A stretch of 64,000 nt of DNA, taken from contig NC_043005.1 of the NCBI RefSeq assembly GCF_006345805.1, forward strand, positions 103,416,001 through 103,480,000. Direction: 5' to 3'. The notes beneath the pieces were generated by a model, which saw nothing but the letters and a program-made list of their open reading frames with translations, did no database searches and was not told the DNA's origin. Shown one piece after another: positions 40,304 to 54,233 of the stretch. Source of the stretch: Octopus sinensis. Taxonomy: Eukaryota. The first letter of the stretch is position 1, and every line of letters starts with the position of its first letter. Position numbers and translations under genes: made by a program.

Positions 40304-40768
40304 TATATCCTCGTTTGTTATGCACTCTCAGCCCAACTGTGCCGGGGAACGAAGCTGGCGTGTAATGCTTCTGATCATAAATATGCTCAACTAGAACTGG
40401 CTTCAAGGGAAACGACAACAACTATAACAAAAGGTATGTATTTCGAAGAGCACAGAAAGATTATAAGTCCAAATCGATTCTTGCAAGATTTTATTCCACA
40501 ATGTAAACAAAAGAAATGAGTTATTTTAAGACATTAAGTTCGGTATTATATCAAATTCTGATAACTCAGTGAGATAAATAACACAGTGAGATAAAGGTTA
40601 TATTATATTTACCATTAAAGCCTTATATTTTATTGAAAAAGAAAACAAAATGATGTAATATCTATGTATTTACTGAGATTATTAGTAACGCCCAATGAAA
40701 GAGGAAGTTTCAACATGGCAATTCGGCATACAAGAATTACTAGTCATTTCTTATTCAAGTCCTATACC

Positions 40769-40840
<72 letters not shown>

Positions 40841-40842
<2 letters not shown>

Positions 40843-41053
40843 CGGTAAGGTTTACGAAAATAAACAAAAGACGAAGGCAGGTTTACGACAGAAAGATACA
40901 CAGAAAAGAAACAATGAGAGAAAAAAATTGCGTGTAGGGGCTAATGATCCAACATGGCGTATATATATAGGGGGAGAATTCACGAAAGAAACAAAAGACG
41001 AAGACAGGTGGTGTACAAAACAAACAGATGTATTAGAATAACGCTCAGGAATT
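40841..41053 (-). mobile_element. Two Penelope-like terminal fragments, same family as 17800-17975
   Basis: AAACAAAAGACGAAG(G/A)CAGGT occurs twice; reverse-complement similarity to about 17895-17970. Confidence 0.6.
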
Positions 41054-41058
41054 AAAAA

Positions 41059-41384
41059 GGTGCAGTTTAACCAAAACCGGGTATCTTATAGTCGTGATTC
41101 ATATCGAGCCCTTCTGGGTATTAGCGCGCGTCTACGATGAGTCTACGATTTAAAAGATAATTTACCATAATTTTTTTCCATTTTAATGCATGTTTTTGCT
41201 ATTGTATAAGGGAAGTAACTCTCTAAAAATGTCTACGATGAGTCAACGATTTTTAAAAAAATTTACCATCATTTTTATTCCATTTTTAATGCATTTTTTT
41301 GCTATTTTTTTGCTATAACTCTCTAAAAATGCTTATATAGTTATTTCCCTTACAAACCCGAGCAACGCCGGGCGATACTGCTAG
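41059..41384 (+). mobile_element. 5'-truncated Helitron-like element
   Basis: Ends in CCCGAGCAACGCCGGG hairpin plus CGATACTGCTAG|T; homologous to 6326-6720; has an internal sub-duplication. Confidence 0.75.
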
Positions 41385-41770
41385 TATCTACTAATAAGCA
41401 TCATTCATTCTAAAATGTTGTCGTTCCTTTGTTTCTAACGAAAGCCATTTTACTATAGATGGATTATTAAAAACACAATATATAAGAAACATAAATATAT
41501 TGTAATTACGATGACGGAAAAATTAAAACCATTTCGAAATCTTCAGTTCACACATTTTCAAATACATTTTAGCTGTCAGTTACTATTCACTTGTAAAATA
41601 TTGCTTACTTGTACTTTTATTTTTCGGTAAACTCTTGTTTGCATATTGCTGTATACTTTATTAAAACTATTCTGTAGTGAAACATGGTTTATATTGGATT
41701 GGAAACATCGCGAAAACTAAATGAGTTATAAAGCAATAACAGCTCCATTCGTTTCATGTTTATTATAATT

Positions 41771-42067
41771 ACTCTTTTACTCTTTTACTTGTTTCAGTCA
41801 TTTGACTGCGGCCATGCTGGAGCACCGCCTTTAGTCAAGCAAATCGACCCCGGGACTTATTCTTTGTAAGCCCAGTACTTATTCTATCGGTCTCTTTTGC
41901 CGAACCGCAGACTTCTTTCAGTTTCCGTCTACCAAATCCACTCACAAGGCATTGGTCGGCCCGGGGCTATAGCAGAAGACACTTGCCCAAGATGCCATGC
42001 AATGGGACTGAACCCGGAACCATGTGGTTGGTTAGCAAGCTTCTTACCACACAGCCACTCCTGCGCC
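41771..42067 (-). mobile_element. Family B SINE with the central part deleted
   Basis: Head (reverse complement of CACAGCCACTCCTGCGCC), TCTTGGGCAAGTGTCTTC core and tail all present. Confidence 0.88.
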
Positions 42068-42117
42068 TATAATTGTTATATTTATTATTACTAATAATAA
42101 TAATTATATTATTATTA

Positions 42118-42393
42118 GTGGTGATGTGGTGGTGTGGTGGTGGTGGTGGTGGTAGTAGTAGTAGTGGTAGTGGTTGTGATAGTAGTAGTAGTAGTAGTAG
42201 CAGCAGCAGCAGTAGTAGTATTGGTGGAAGTAGTGGTGTTGGAGGGGGAGGTGGCGGCGGCGGTGGTTGTAGTAGTAGTAGTGGTAGTAGTAGTAGTAGT
42301 GGTAGTAGTAGTAGTAGTAGTAGTAGTAGCAGCAGCAGCAGCAGTAGTAGTAGTGGTGAAGGTAGTGGTGGTGGCGGGGCGGCGGCGGTGGTT

Positions 42394-42425
<32 letters not shown>

Positions 42426-42430
42426 TGTGC
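42118..42430. repeat. Compound (GGT)/(AGT)/(AGC) trinucleotide repeat
   Basis: Seen directly; explains the poly-S/G/V ORFs. Confidence 0.9.
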
Positions 42431-42879
42431 GGTGGATTTGCAGTAACAATGGAGACAACCGGGAGAAATTCGTTGCCGTATTTGTTGTTAATCTTTACTT
42501 TCTGAGCTCAAATCCTGCGGACATCATCTTTACCCTTTTTACCTCCCCGGGGCCTGTGCCTAAATTTGACTGGCCCTGCGGCTAAGTTAATGATGCACTG
42601 AGGAAGATTATTGGTTCGAAAATACCTAGTTACTGTTTGGATCGAGTTCCTCATTAACAGGTTGGTTGCTGATAGGTGGATCCTTCTAATTTATGATGTT
42701 GAATTTCTGAGAATACATTTGATGCAGCAGTTTGCAAGCCAAGCCGTTTCTGTCACACACGACGGTTAATTCCTGTACATACATATCTGCATGGATACAT
42801 AAGTACACGTATATTTACATACATACATACATACATAAATACATACATACATACATACATAAATACATACATACATACA

Positions 42880-42913
<34 letters not shown>

Positions 42914-42924
42914 CATACATACAT

Positions 42925-43370
42925 GATGTGATGGCCGTCCACTCGTGACCGAGGAAGACCATTGCCGACCTTCAGGAACATTGTGCGCTCTAGGACTAAC
43001 TTATATTTTGCCTTTGCGGCTCCGTTGGTGGCTAATGAGCCCTGCTCTTGACAAACATACACAACTGCAAACATTGCAGACCAAGCTTTCCCCATTTACT
43101 ATACGAGCCGTGCACTTTCGCGCAGCTCGCTTAAGTTCTTCATGCTGGATACGTGCTCTCTCAAAAGTGTCGATCCCCTCCTTAACCTGCTTCCTCCATC
43201 TGTGGCGATGACAGGCATTGTTCTCCCAGTCAGAGTCCTGCATATCAAAGGCCTTTAACGAGGACTTGACACAGTCCTTAAATCGCAGCCTTGGTTTCTG
43301 CCGGAGTCTCCTTCCATTCACAAGTTCTCCATAGAGCATCTGCTTAGGAATCCTTCTATCCTCCATTCTA
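42925..43370 (-). pseudogene. RTE-clade LINE 3' fragment
   Basis: RMEDRRIPKQMLYGEL..PRLRFKDCVK..CNVCS..SRAGLISHQR with C-terminal zinc finger; inserted in (TACA)n. Confidence 0.9.
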
Positions 43371-43467
43371 ATAATACATACATACAAATACATACACGCA
43401 ACAGATTCTCTATCATCATCAAGTAACAGTTCTTATATTTAGTGGTGAAACTTGCTACCGACTTGAC

Positions 43468-43773
43468 CAGAGGTTCTCAAACATTTGGGCCCCCCATGGT
43501 CACATTATGCCCTCAGCACCCCCACCCCTATTTTTACGTATAAATATATATTTTATAATTTAGTAATTTATGTATGCTATGAATCATTTGATATTTAATA
43601 TAATATTATATAATTTGTATACAATACTATAATAATATTGTAATAAATTCATAGCATCCCCCAATCCTTCCTCCCAGCACTTCCTTTTTCTCTACCGCAC
43701 CCTTAAGCACCAGCACCCACCTGTACCGTCTCAACGGCCACCGAGGGTGTAGCGCCCACTTTGAGAACCTATG
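43468..43773. mobile_element. hAT MITE
   Basis: TIRs CAGAGGTTCTCAAA and TTTGAGAACCTATG; degenerate 8-bp TSD GACTTGAC/GACGAGAC. Confidence 0.8.
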
Positions 43774-44106
43774 GACGAGACACTTATTCAAAAAAGTTAC
43801 CTTCCAGTTACCCTTTAAGTAGGTAAAAGATATATTACAGCTACAGACTTGGTTGCTATTACCAATACCTTGACGTCTATTACCTCAAAGATAATGATAC
43901 TTTATCGTTATAAACAGGGCCACTTTATTCAGCCCTTGATTTCTGATGCCTTATGGGGGATTTTACAGAAAGAGTTACGAAACTTTTTGAACACTTGTAT
44001 AACATATTTTTCTCGATATTTTGGTTACTATATACTTGCTTCTAATTTTGAAAAACATATTAATAGACACAATTACTTTTATTTATAAAGCTTTATTTCC
44101 TCCCAC

Positions 44107-44172
<66 letters not shown>

Positions 44173-45013
44173 TGCAATGTTGTCTTCATATTCTGGCATT
44201 CAAGAAGTATATTTTTCCCATCTATTCTGATCAACAACGTGCAGAATTAACTAAACACCATTTATAGACACGTGTCAAAAACCAATTAAACGACTCAGTT
44301 TTCAGTGACACGACAGGGCTAAACCTAATGACCATGATGTCGATAAAATCTACAGCTATTCCTGTGTTTTTTACTATTGTTACTTATTGATATTTTATTG
44401 CTTGTTCTTCATGCTACCGATCCTTTAGCACCGGTAATGGAGCGTGAAACTTTTGTCTTGTCACTTTGTGAACATTGACGAAACGAACATTACAATTATT
44501 GTTTTATTGAACTGAGTGAACAATGCATGTGCGACAATATGGGTTCGAGGTGTTTATATCTTTTGTATGTTGGAACAAATTCCTACAACAAATTATTCTG
44601 GCTAACTCACAGAGAATTTGCCGATATCGGCGAAACGTGGCAACATTTTTTTTAATAAGTCAGAGTTCACTTCCAATGCAAAAAGAATTTAAGCAATTGC
44701 TAGAGAAAAGAATAATTGTTACAACAACAGTAAAAAAAAGGGCAGAAAAATTAGGGGTGAGTGGACAAAATGTGAACAGTAGATAGATCAACACAATCTA
44801 AGAAGACCAGATTCTATGAATATACACAACTGGAAAATGATAAGATATACCAAAACAACAAACTTCTAGCGAATATATTTGGTCAAAGTAAATTGTAAAA
44901 AATGCTGAAATACCGACAAGAATATCTAATTTCATCAGAGAAAGAACATTTGGCTTCATTCCTGAAATTGACGAAATACCAAAGCGATGATTAAAATCTG
45001 TCAAAAAATACAA

Positions 45014-45076
<63 letters not shown>

Positions 45077-45089
45077 CGACAACAACAAG

Positions 45090-45205
45090 GGAAAACTAAG
45101 CTAAGAGCATTCGATTCCTTGGAAGAAAGCATCGAATGTATACGAAAACAAGGACGGAAAAACAGACAATGTTATACAAATAAAATACAATATAAATACA
45201 ATAAA
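45090..45205 (+). repeat. Fragment of an interspersed repeat; longer inverted copy at 49640-49950
   Basis: CTAAGAGCATT(C/A)GATTCCTTGGAAGAAAGCATCGAATG..AAAACAAGGACGGAAAAACAGAC shared. Confidence 0.8.
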
Positions 45206-45919
45206 AATAATAACAGGACTTAACAACAAGTGTCTTTCGACAACAACAACAGCAACAACAATACAAAAACAACAACAATAATAATAATTATCATAAATAG
45301 AAAAAGTAAATGAGGGTCAATTACCTAAATTCAATCAAAGAAACCCCCCAGAACCATATTCCTCAGACAACCAAAAATAATCTCTCTCTCTATCTCTTTC
45401 TTCCCCCCTCCCACAACATACAAAGGCGAACTTTCAGCCACCTTGTAGCAAATTCACTGGGAGTAGCACTTCTTACTCCACCTTCCTTTTTCTCGGCAAT
45501 TAGATCTTGTCGAAGTCGAAGAGTGGGGTCGTCGCGCTTGCCCATCAATAACCCTCTGCAAGGAGTGGCTGAGATACTGACTTTTCAATTGCTAGATCCC
45601 ATCAGCGGCAGCAGCTTCATTTGAGAGATGAGTTGCAAGAGAATATTCCAGAAGTATGACTAAACCTTTTCTCTGCCCAAAAGTCCCTGCACATGACATG
45701 GCCTCAGCGCATAACTACGCATCATAAGTCATGACATAACGTGTCTTCCATTCGTAGGATATCTGCAGCACTAACCAGTGAACTGTGTCATTTATAGAAA
45801 AATGTAGTCTTTCACTTCGTCAAATAAAAACAGGTCCAAGGCACCAAAGACTTGTAGTAAAAAGTAACTGAAGCAGTGTATATGTTCGTTACATCTGCTT
45901 GATTTTTCTGGATAGTTTC

Positions 45920-46110
45920 TTCTCAGCCCATTTGTAGGCGGGTAACTGCACGGATGATAATACGAACAAGTTGGCTTACTTTTAACCGCATCCGAGTATT
46001 TATCCACCTGGAGTTTCTGATCTGAAGCAAAATTTCAAGCACGTAACGAGCCTTCATCGCATAATTCACAACTCTAGCCGAGATGGTCTTGCTTCTTAAG
46101 GTGCCGGGTT
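45920..46110 (-). pseudogene. Possible LINE (RTE-like) AP-endonuclease N-terminal remnant
   Basis: RYVLEIL..RW and YPPTN resemble APE motifs RYxLxILxLSETRW and YAPTN; highly decayed. Confidence 0.35.
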
Positions 46111-46185
46111 GTAAATGCATTTATTTAATTAATGCATGCTGCTGTTCCCACCCTTTGTTCCTTTTGTATGGTAGCTGCATTACCA

Positions 46186-46603
46186 AAAGATGGCGAGCTG
46201 GCAGACACGTTAGCGCGCCGGGCGAAATGCTTACCGGTATTTCGTCTGTCATTACGTTCTGAGTTCAAATTCCGCCGAGGTCGACTTTGCCTTTCATCCT
46301 TTCGGGGTCGATAAATTAAGTACCAGTTACGCACTGGGGTCGATATAATCGACTTAATACCTATGTCTGTCCATGTTTGTCCTCTCTATGTTTAGCCCCT
46401 TGTGGGTAATAAAGAAATAGGTATTTCGTCTGCCGTTACGTTCTGAGTTCAAATTCCGCCAAGGTCGACTTTGCCTTTCATCCCTTCGTGGTCGATAAAT
46501 TAAGTACCAGTTACGCACAGGGATCGATGTAATCGACTTAATCCGCTCGTCTGTCCTTGTTTGTCTTCTCTCTGTGTAGCCCATTGTGGGTAGTAAAGAA
46601 ATA
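46186..46603 (+). mobile_element. Family A SINE dimer flanked by one TSD pair
   Basis: TSD GGTAGCTGCATT(A/G)CCA at 46170-46185 and 46604-46619. Confidence 0.9.
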
Positions 46604-47003
46604 GGTAGCTGCATTGCCATTAGAAACAGTACGTTGTTGGTGAGATGGTTATAGGCGGTACTGAAGTAGAGAAAAACGACCTATCATCTACGCGAAACAA
46701 TTGCATATAAACTTTTGGTAAAGTCCCCTATGGCTCACCAAATTACTGAACATACATCAATTTGACGACACCATGGTGAACATTAGTGTTAACCTTCAAA
46801 TTTTGGTTAACTCTGAATATTTCTACCAATGCTTTCCATTTAGCATTCTTATTGAGCTTCAGCATTGTCTAATTAACCTTGGGTATTTTTATACGTGTTC
46901 TCCACGATATAACCTAGATTTTGTTTTATGAAGTAAAACTTAGTGTATTTCTAAAATCATGGAAAGTAAACATGACAACAACAACAACAACAACAATAAC
47001 AAC

Positions 47004-47405
<402 letters not shown>

Positions 47406-47418
47406 ATAATAATAATAA

Positions 47419-47862
47419 AATCGATATAAACGTATCTGTCAAGACCTACCAAAAACTGAACAAATATAAAGATCTTGATATAGAAATCAGCAAAATGTGG
47501 AACCTGAAGACTAAAACAATACCTGTTGTCATAGGTGCCCTGGGAATGATAGCAAAAGGGGCTGATTGCTACCTAACTCAGATACCAGGAAGCCCAAATA
47601 TTGCAGAAATTCAAAAGATAGTGCTCATCGGAACAGCTCATATCCTACGCAAAATACTCTCTATGTAATCTCAAGTTTTAAACAAACATAATTTTCGTAT
47701 GGTTTCTTAAACATTCACTAGTACAACACTAAGTACAAAACCAAATATATGGCACACTAGGCATAACACCAGCATGAACTTCCATCTTGTTGTCTCTTGA
47801 GGTCTCTGGGTGAGACTTGGAGCCAGCATGTGCAAATGTAATGCAAAAGTCAAACATAGAAT
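47419..47862 (+). pseudogene. R4/Dong-like non-LTR retrotransposon 3' end (restriction-like endonuclease C-terminus plus 3' UTR)
   Basis: KTYQKLNKYKDLDIEISKMWNLKTKTIPVVIGALG..IQKIVLIGTAHILRKILSM*; flanked by (AAT)n. Confidence 0.85.
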
Positions 47863-49240
47863 AATAATAATAATAATGATGATGATGATGATGATGATGA
47901 TAATGAGGATAATGATAATAATAAGAATAAGTATAACAATAATATAGCTTACAAAAGGTTTTGTGTAGAATATAGTATGAGGATGGTTAGTCTCTTGTGG
48001 AACTTTGCCGAACAAATGTATAAAGAAATCAGAACCAGCCGTTGGTATATTATCAATAAAAGTCAGTGATGGCGTTTGTAATTTGATCGATATATCATGG
48101 CTAGCTGACAAGAATATATCTATAAGAGACATAAAAGACTGATCAAAGTAGAAATATCGATATATCAAAATTAAAAATAATATATTCAGTAATCTATTCA
48201 AACAACTATGATTTCTATTAATTATTGATTTCTTATATTATTGGTACAAGGGGATACATTTATTGAAGCGACTCAATTTATTAGTGGAAACCTGTCTAGA
48301 TGTTCGAAAGATGAAAGGTAAATTCCCACACCCTCTCCTATCGACAATATTTGAATTCATAATTTAAAGGGACGTAACTAAATAACACTAAGCATTTCAC
48401 ACAGTGTTCTACCACCACGTGCGCTGCAAGCAATGGCTTTCGTGCCATTCGATATTAGCAACGCAAATACCCTATGTAAGAAGCCTTATAATAATTTCAA
48501 GAAGCCGTTATATAAAACTTCCAAAAATTTCAAACGGAAACATTTTTTCTTATGAGAAATTTTATAAAAGTATGATTATTGTAAAGCGAATGGTGAAAGA
48601 GGAGAAATGCTGATTACGAACATCAAATATGATAGTGAGAAAATATCACAATGGAGTGTTCTATAAACTAAACACAAATATGGTAATCATATATATTATG
48701 GTGGGAGTTGTAATTTTTATCATCTATACCAGTAGAGGTTAAAAAGTGAATCAAGAGCCAAGAGTTTCGCGTATAACACATTAGGATTTATACTAGAACC
48801 ATTCTTCCATTCATTTCTATGCTGGAGATGACACATTTGATTTCAAATTTTGGCACAGAATTAGAGATTCAATAGAATACTGACCGCATCAACCGGACTT
48901 TACAACATTGCATATTTGTTATATGGATACATAAAAGATACAGTTTCCGGTACAGAACCAGCAACGGTCAACAAACTGAGGACTACCATTGAATGAAAAA
49001 GCGCACAATTTCGGAATGAAATGCTTTCAGATGTCTGCAATTCAATTGCTTCGCGTTATCAGCAGTGTCCGGACAAGAACTGTTATCAGTTGCAGAACAG
49101 CCGTTCTTAAAAGAAATTAAGTTATGCCTGTTGATTTTATAATCGTTCGATGTGAGAGTACACTTTGGTGGGACACCCGATATATAAATATGTGTGAGTG
49201 TTTATGTATATACAAACACACCAACCCGGCTACACACACA

Positions 49241-49312
<72 letters not shown>

Positions 49313-49470
49313 TGTGTGTGTGTGTGAACATGTGTATATAAATATATATTTATATATAATTTTTGTATGTCTGCCGTAAGGTTTCATTTCTACACATGCC
49401 AGCTGAATTCAATTCGTCCCCAGTCGACGAAAGACACCTGTTGTTATGTCCTGTTATTATTATTATTATT

Positions 49471-49603
49471 ATTGAGTGAGAGAGCAGTTAATGCCATCAA
49501 AGTGACACCGGGGTAAAATATACGAAGCCCAAAATACCCATCATGACTACCTGTCTGATAAGGGTGCACCAGGCACATGCATCACAACCGTCTGTGCGCG
49601 ACG
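49471..49603 (-). mobile_element. Short 3' fragment of the 7813 family in (ATT)n
   Basis: Reverse complement of about 8240-8372. Confidence 0.85.
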
Positions 49604-49639
49604 TAGTATTATTATTATAATTATTATTATTATTATTAT

Positions 49640-49950
49640 TTCATTGTATTTTGTATTTATATTTGTGTAACATCGTCTGTTTTTCCGTCCTTGTTTTCAT
49701 ATGCATTCGATGCTTTCTTCCAAGGAATCTAATGCTCTTAGATTAGTTTTTTCTTTGGGGCTGGCCAGATTGGAGCAATCTCAAGATTAATCAGCCGAAA
49801 TTGCGAGGATGATCTGGTTCTTGACTGAGGATACAAAACTTCGAATGACTCGTCCTTATTTATTTTTCTTTTTGTATCGTCCATCTGGATGTTTTGTTGT
49901 CGCTTTTTGTATCGCCTAGTTGCCCGGATGTTTTACGTTCTTGTCCCATT
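49640..49950 (-). repeat. Interspersed repeat, see 45090
   Basis: Reverse-complement match to 45090-45205. Confidence 0.75.
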
Positions 49951-49957
49951 CTGTAAT

Positions 49958-50275
49958 GAAGGCACGTGGTGGCTTTGTGGTTACGTTATTCAGCTCACGA
50001 TCGTAAAGTCGTGGGTTCAATTCCCGGAGATGCGTTGTGTCCTTGAGCAAGGCACTTTATTTCACATTGCTCCAGTTCACTCAGCTGGCAAAAATGAGTC
50101 GCACCTGTGTTTCAGAGGGCCGGCATTGTCCCATGCTGTGTCAACCTGAGAACTACGTCAAGGGTACACGTGTCTGTGGAATTCTGAACCACTTTCACGC
50201 CTTTATTTCTCGAGCAAGCTTTTCTGCTGATCGCCTCAACCAGAACCTCCGTCGTCGTAACCGACAGAGTGCCAG
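49958..50275 (+). mobile_element. Diverged SINE: tRNA head, CORE-like middle, family C tail
   Basis: GTGGGTTCAATTCCC B box; TGTGTCCTTGAGCAAGGCACTT; tail GAGAACTACG..GGGTACACGTGTCTGTGG..CGTCGTCGTAACCGAC shared with 6906. Confidence 0.8.
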
Positions 50276-51019
50276 TTTTATATGTATGTATGTGTGTGTA
50301 CGTATGTATGCGTATATAGATATATACATACACATATTATACGTAATCTTTCCAACCGAGGAGAATATGCTTCACTGAGTTGGTTAAATGTGCTTTTAAA
50401 GACCCTGATGGGGAGTTTTGTCTACTGATTGCACGTATATTTTCTTAGATGATTTAAGTGCTCCATCTGATTAATATTACGTGTGTGAGACCTGCATATG
50501 TGTTTATTTATCATCCGGGTATTTTGCACGTTATATTCTTTATTTTCATAATCTGCGTTTCTATGGCAACACAGGTGGTGGTGGTGGTGGTGATGGTGGT
50601 GGTGATAGTGGTCGAGGTTACGGCAACGGAAGTAGTGGAGGCGTCGTTGGTGGTGGCGGCGGCGACAATGATGTTGATGATGACGGCAATGACGATGGTG
50701 GTGATGGTGATGATGATTTTGCAGATAAAGCAGAGTAGGAGAAAAATAACAACAGTAACAAAAACAACAATAATAATAACAACAACAACAAAATAACAAC
50801 AACAACAACCACAACGCAGCAAGATTATGAACAAGAAGTAAAACACAAGAGCAGCAGCAACAACTAAAATAGATTCTACAACAACAATGAAAGGAAATAC
50901 CAGAACCGTCCTTCCATTCATTTTTATGTTGGAGATGACACTTCTTAGAATATCAGAGTCTAACAGCTGTCGCCAACAAATACGCGCTCATATACATACA
51001 AAGAGGCTCATACATACTA

Positions 51020-51068
<49 letters not shown>

Positions 51069-51153
51069 TAGACAAACATAAACACGTGTATATACATACA
51101 TTTATAAACTCGCACTCATATCTCTCTCATTCTCTCTCTCTATATGTGTGTGT

Positions 51154-51201
<48 letters not shown>

Positions 51202-51459
51202 GTATATATAGTTATATATACATATATCTCACATACATATGTGTGTATATATATATCTCTGTGTGTGCATATATATAATATATATATATATATACATATA
51301 TATACATATATATATATATCTTTATACATACATACATACCTATACATATGCATACATACACACATGCAATATATTCGCACGCATATAGACACTTATAGAC
51401 ACACACACAAACAAAACACATAACATACATACACTACATACAGGCGCACTTACACAAAA

Positions 51460-51479
<20 letters not shown>

Positions 51480-51537
<58 letters not shown>

Positions 51538-52028
51538 ACACGGAATGAAAAGGTTTTAAAGCAGCAGATTGTCGTCTGCTAGAAGAAGTAAACTAGGAAG
51601 ATGAATTCTTAGAAACTAGATCCGATGTGAAATGAAGAGTTTTCCTGACACAACCGACTGTTTAATAAGTGATTCCATCTATTGTTAACGTACCGTCCTA
51701 TCTCCGCCATCTTGCCACTTCATCAAGTCTCACTATTTTTTTTTTTGCTAAAATATTTACCGTCTTCTTCATATTTTATTATTAATACATCCTTGAATTT
51801 TGTTTTCTTTATTTTTAATATATTCACCTCTGTTTGTTTGGATTTTCGTTTGTTTATTTCTCTCAGCTTGGTTTCTTTTAGAATATTTTGTTTTATCTTT
51901 AGCTTTCTGGCTAACAACATTGTTCGCCATTTTCGCTTTCTTTCACTCCTTCTCACATATTTTGTCGCAGCCAACTCTTTCTCTTTATTTCTTTTTCTTT
52001 TCATTCACACATAATGTATATATATATG

Positions 52029-52062
<34 letters not shown>

Positions 52063-52117
52063 TATAATTTTATTTTATATATATCGTATTCAGTATATAT
52101 TGTCAAATTTTTTTACA

Positions 52118-52171
<54 letters not shown>

Positions 52172-52662
52172 ACACGGAATGAAAAGGTTTTAAAGCAGCA
52201 GATTGTCGTCTGCTAGAAGAAGTAAACTAGGAAGATGAATTCTTAGAAACTAGATCCGATGTGAAATGAAGAGTTTTCCTGACACAACCGACTGTTTAAT
52301 AAGTGATTCCATCTATTGTTAACGTACCGTCCTATCTCCGCCATCTTGCCACTTCATCAAGTCTCACTATTTTTTTTTTTGCTAAAATATTTACCGTCTT
52401 CTTCATATTTTATTATTAATACATCCTTGAATTTTGTTTTCTTTATTTTTAATATATTCACCTCTGTTTGTTTGGATTTTCGTTTGTTTATTTCTCTCAG
52501 CTTGGTTTCTTTTAGAATATTTTGTTTTATCTTTAGCTTTCTGGCTAACAACATTGTTCGCCATTTTCGCTTTCTTTCACTCCTTCTCACATATTTTGTC
52601 GCAGCCAACTCTTTCTCTTTATTTCTTTTTCTTTTCATTCACACATAATGTATATATATATG

Positions 52663-52702
<40 letters not shown>

Positions 52703-52748
52703 TTTATTTTATATATATCGTATTCAGTATATATTGTCAAATTTTTTT

Positions 52749-52750
<2 letters not shown>
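51480..52750. repeat. 634-bp near-identical tandem duplication joined in (CA)n
   Basis: Identical ORF triplets offset by 634 bp (51682 and 52316). Confidence 0.95.
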
Positions 52751-52835
<85 letters not shown>

Positions 52836-54188
52836 CCTATATACATACACATACTTATAAGCGTCTATGCTTGTGTGTGTTTGGTGCGTGTTTAAACATT
52901 ATAGCCGCGCGACAAACAAATAAATATGGATGCAGGCATTAATATATCTTGAATTTTTATGTTTGCATATATCTTTGTCTCTTATTCTTTAAAATTTTTA
53001 TCTAAAGCAGGATTTGATTTCTAAGCAGGACACCATCTCCATTTTGAAAATCCAGGAAAATCTTTCATATTTCCACTGTTCCACTTACAGAAGGAATTTT
53101 CAGAATACGTAGAAAAGTGGCTCTTTTTTTTCCTTGTTTCGGCCTTTTCAAGCGATTGCATTTATATACTTAGCAACATAATCAAGAGGGCCACTCATTA
53201 TGGACATAGATGTGAATTTTTATATTAGGTACAAAAGTCGTAGATTTGAAAGTAACTAACCAAAATTGTCTTAACCCTGAATTTTTAATGTAATGCTTAC
53301 TTCATTTAAGTATCTCACCTTTATGACAATATATGCTTTGTTGGAATGTAGAATGTTTTTTTTTCTCCTACGTTCTTCATTGAATTAGGTTCGCTCAGAA
53401 GCTCTGGAATCGCTTACATTTTGTTCCTTTCACTTTTGATCACCTGGCCGATTTGTTTGTGTTTGCAGTTTTTACTTATCAATCACTACATGAATGATTT
53501 TATATGACACTCTTTTCTTGGGATATAATCTACCAATAATTCTATTCCTAAGGTCACTTGCCGAAGATACCAGGATCTTCGATGTTTTGAATATTCTTTC
53601 TCGTGCAGTTAAGAATTCAAACTTCTAATATCAATATGCATAGAACAAATTCACTACCGGAATATGTTTTGTGAAAGGAAAACACCGACTTGCACATTTT
53701 TGAAATCTGGTATGATCTTCTTGGGTCACTACAATTATCTGATGCACTTGGGAATTTGAAGCATTCATTGTGTGAAATGGTAAATACAGATACCACTGAT
53801 GTTAATGTTCCCCCCACGTTCATCTACAAATCGATAACGAATCCATTAGCCAAGTACCAAGTATGTGGTTAACCACACCCACTGTACCTAATGACTAGAT
53901 AAAGGTCCATGGGATCAATATATCAGTTTCCTGAACGCTTACAACCAAATATAGCCTTTATTGAAATAGATTAGATGGATTAGAGATCATTGAGACAATG
54001 CTTTCCTGAAGGACAATATAGACTTTGTGAGGTATATTTGCCATCTCAATATGGCTAACCACTAAGGGTGGGTGTTACTGTAGCTTGTAGCCCCAAGAGA
54101 ACATCTCCAGCTGGCTATAGGCATACTTTCTGTGCCCTATCGGTATTTGCAAAGGGAAGTCATCCTTCCCTCGTCAACCTAAGTGATA

Positions 54189-54233
54189 CACACGGACTGC
54201 AGTTTCTGGGTATTGACCCGTCATCAGCGTACG
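54189..54233 (-). ncRNA. Minimal type-I hammerhead ribozyme with intact core
   Basis: Minus strand CGTACG-CTGATGA-cGGGT caat ACCCa-GAAA-CTGCAG-TC^CGTGTG. Confidence 0.85.

Noticed and set aside
42073-42585. 170-aa Ser/Gly-rich ORF and overlapping ORFs
   Set aside because: Translation of compound trinucleotide repeats; no splice or domain evidence
50422-50921. His-, Gly- and Asp-rich ORFs
   Set aside because: Degenerate (GGT)/(GAT)/(AAC) low-complexity tract open in several frames
51723-52638. Duplicated Lys-rich and hydrophobic ORF pairs
   Set aside because: T-rich compositional artefact copied by the tandem duplication
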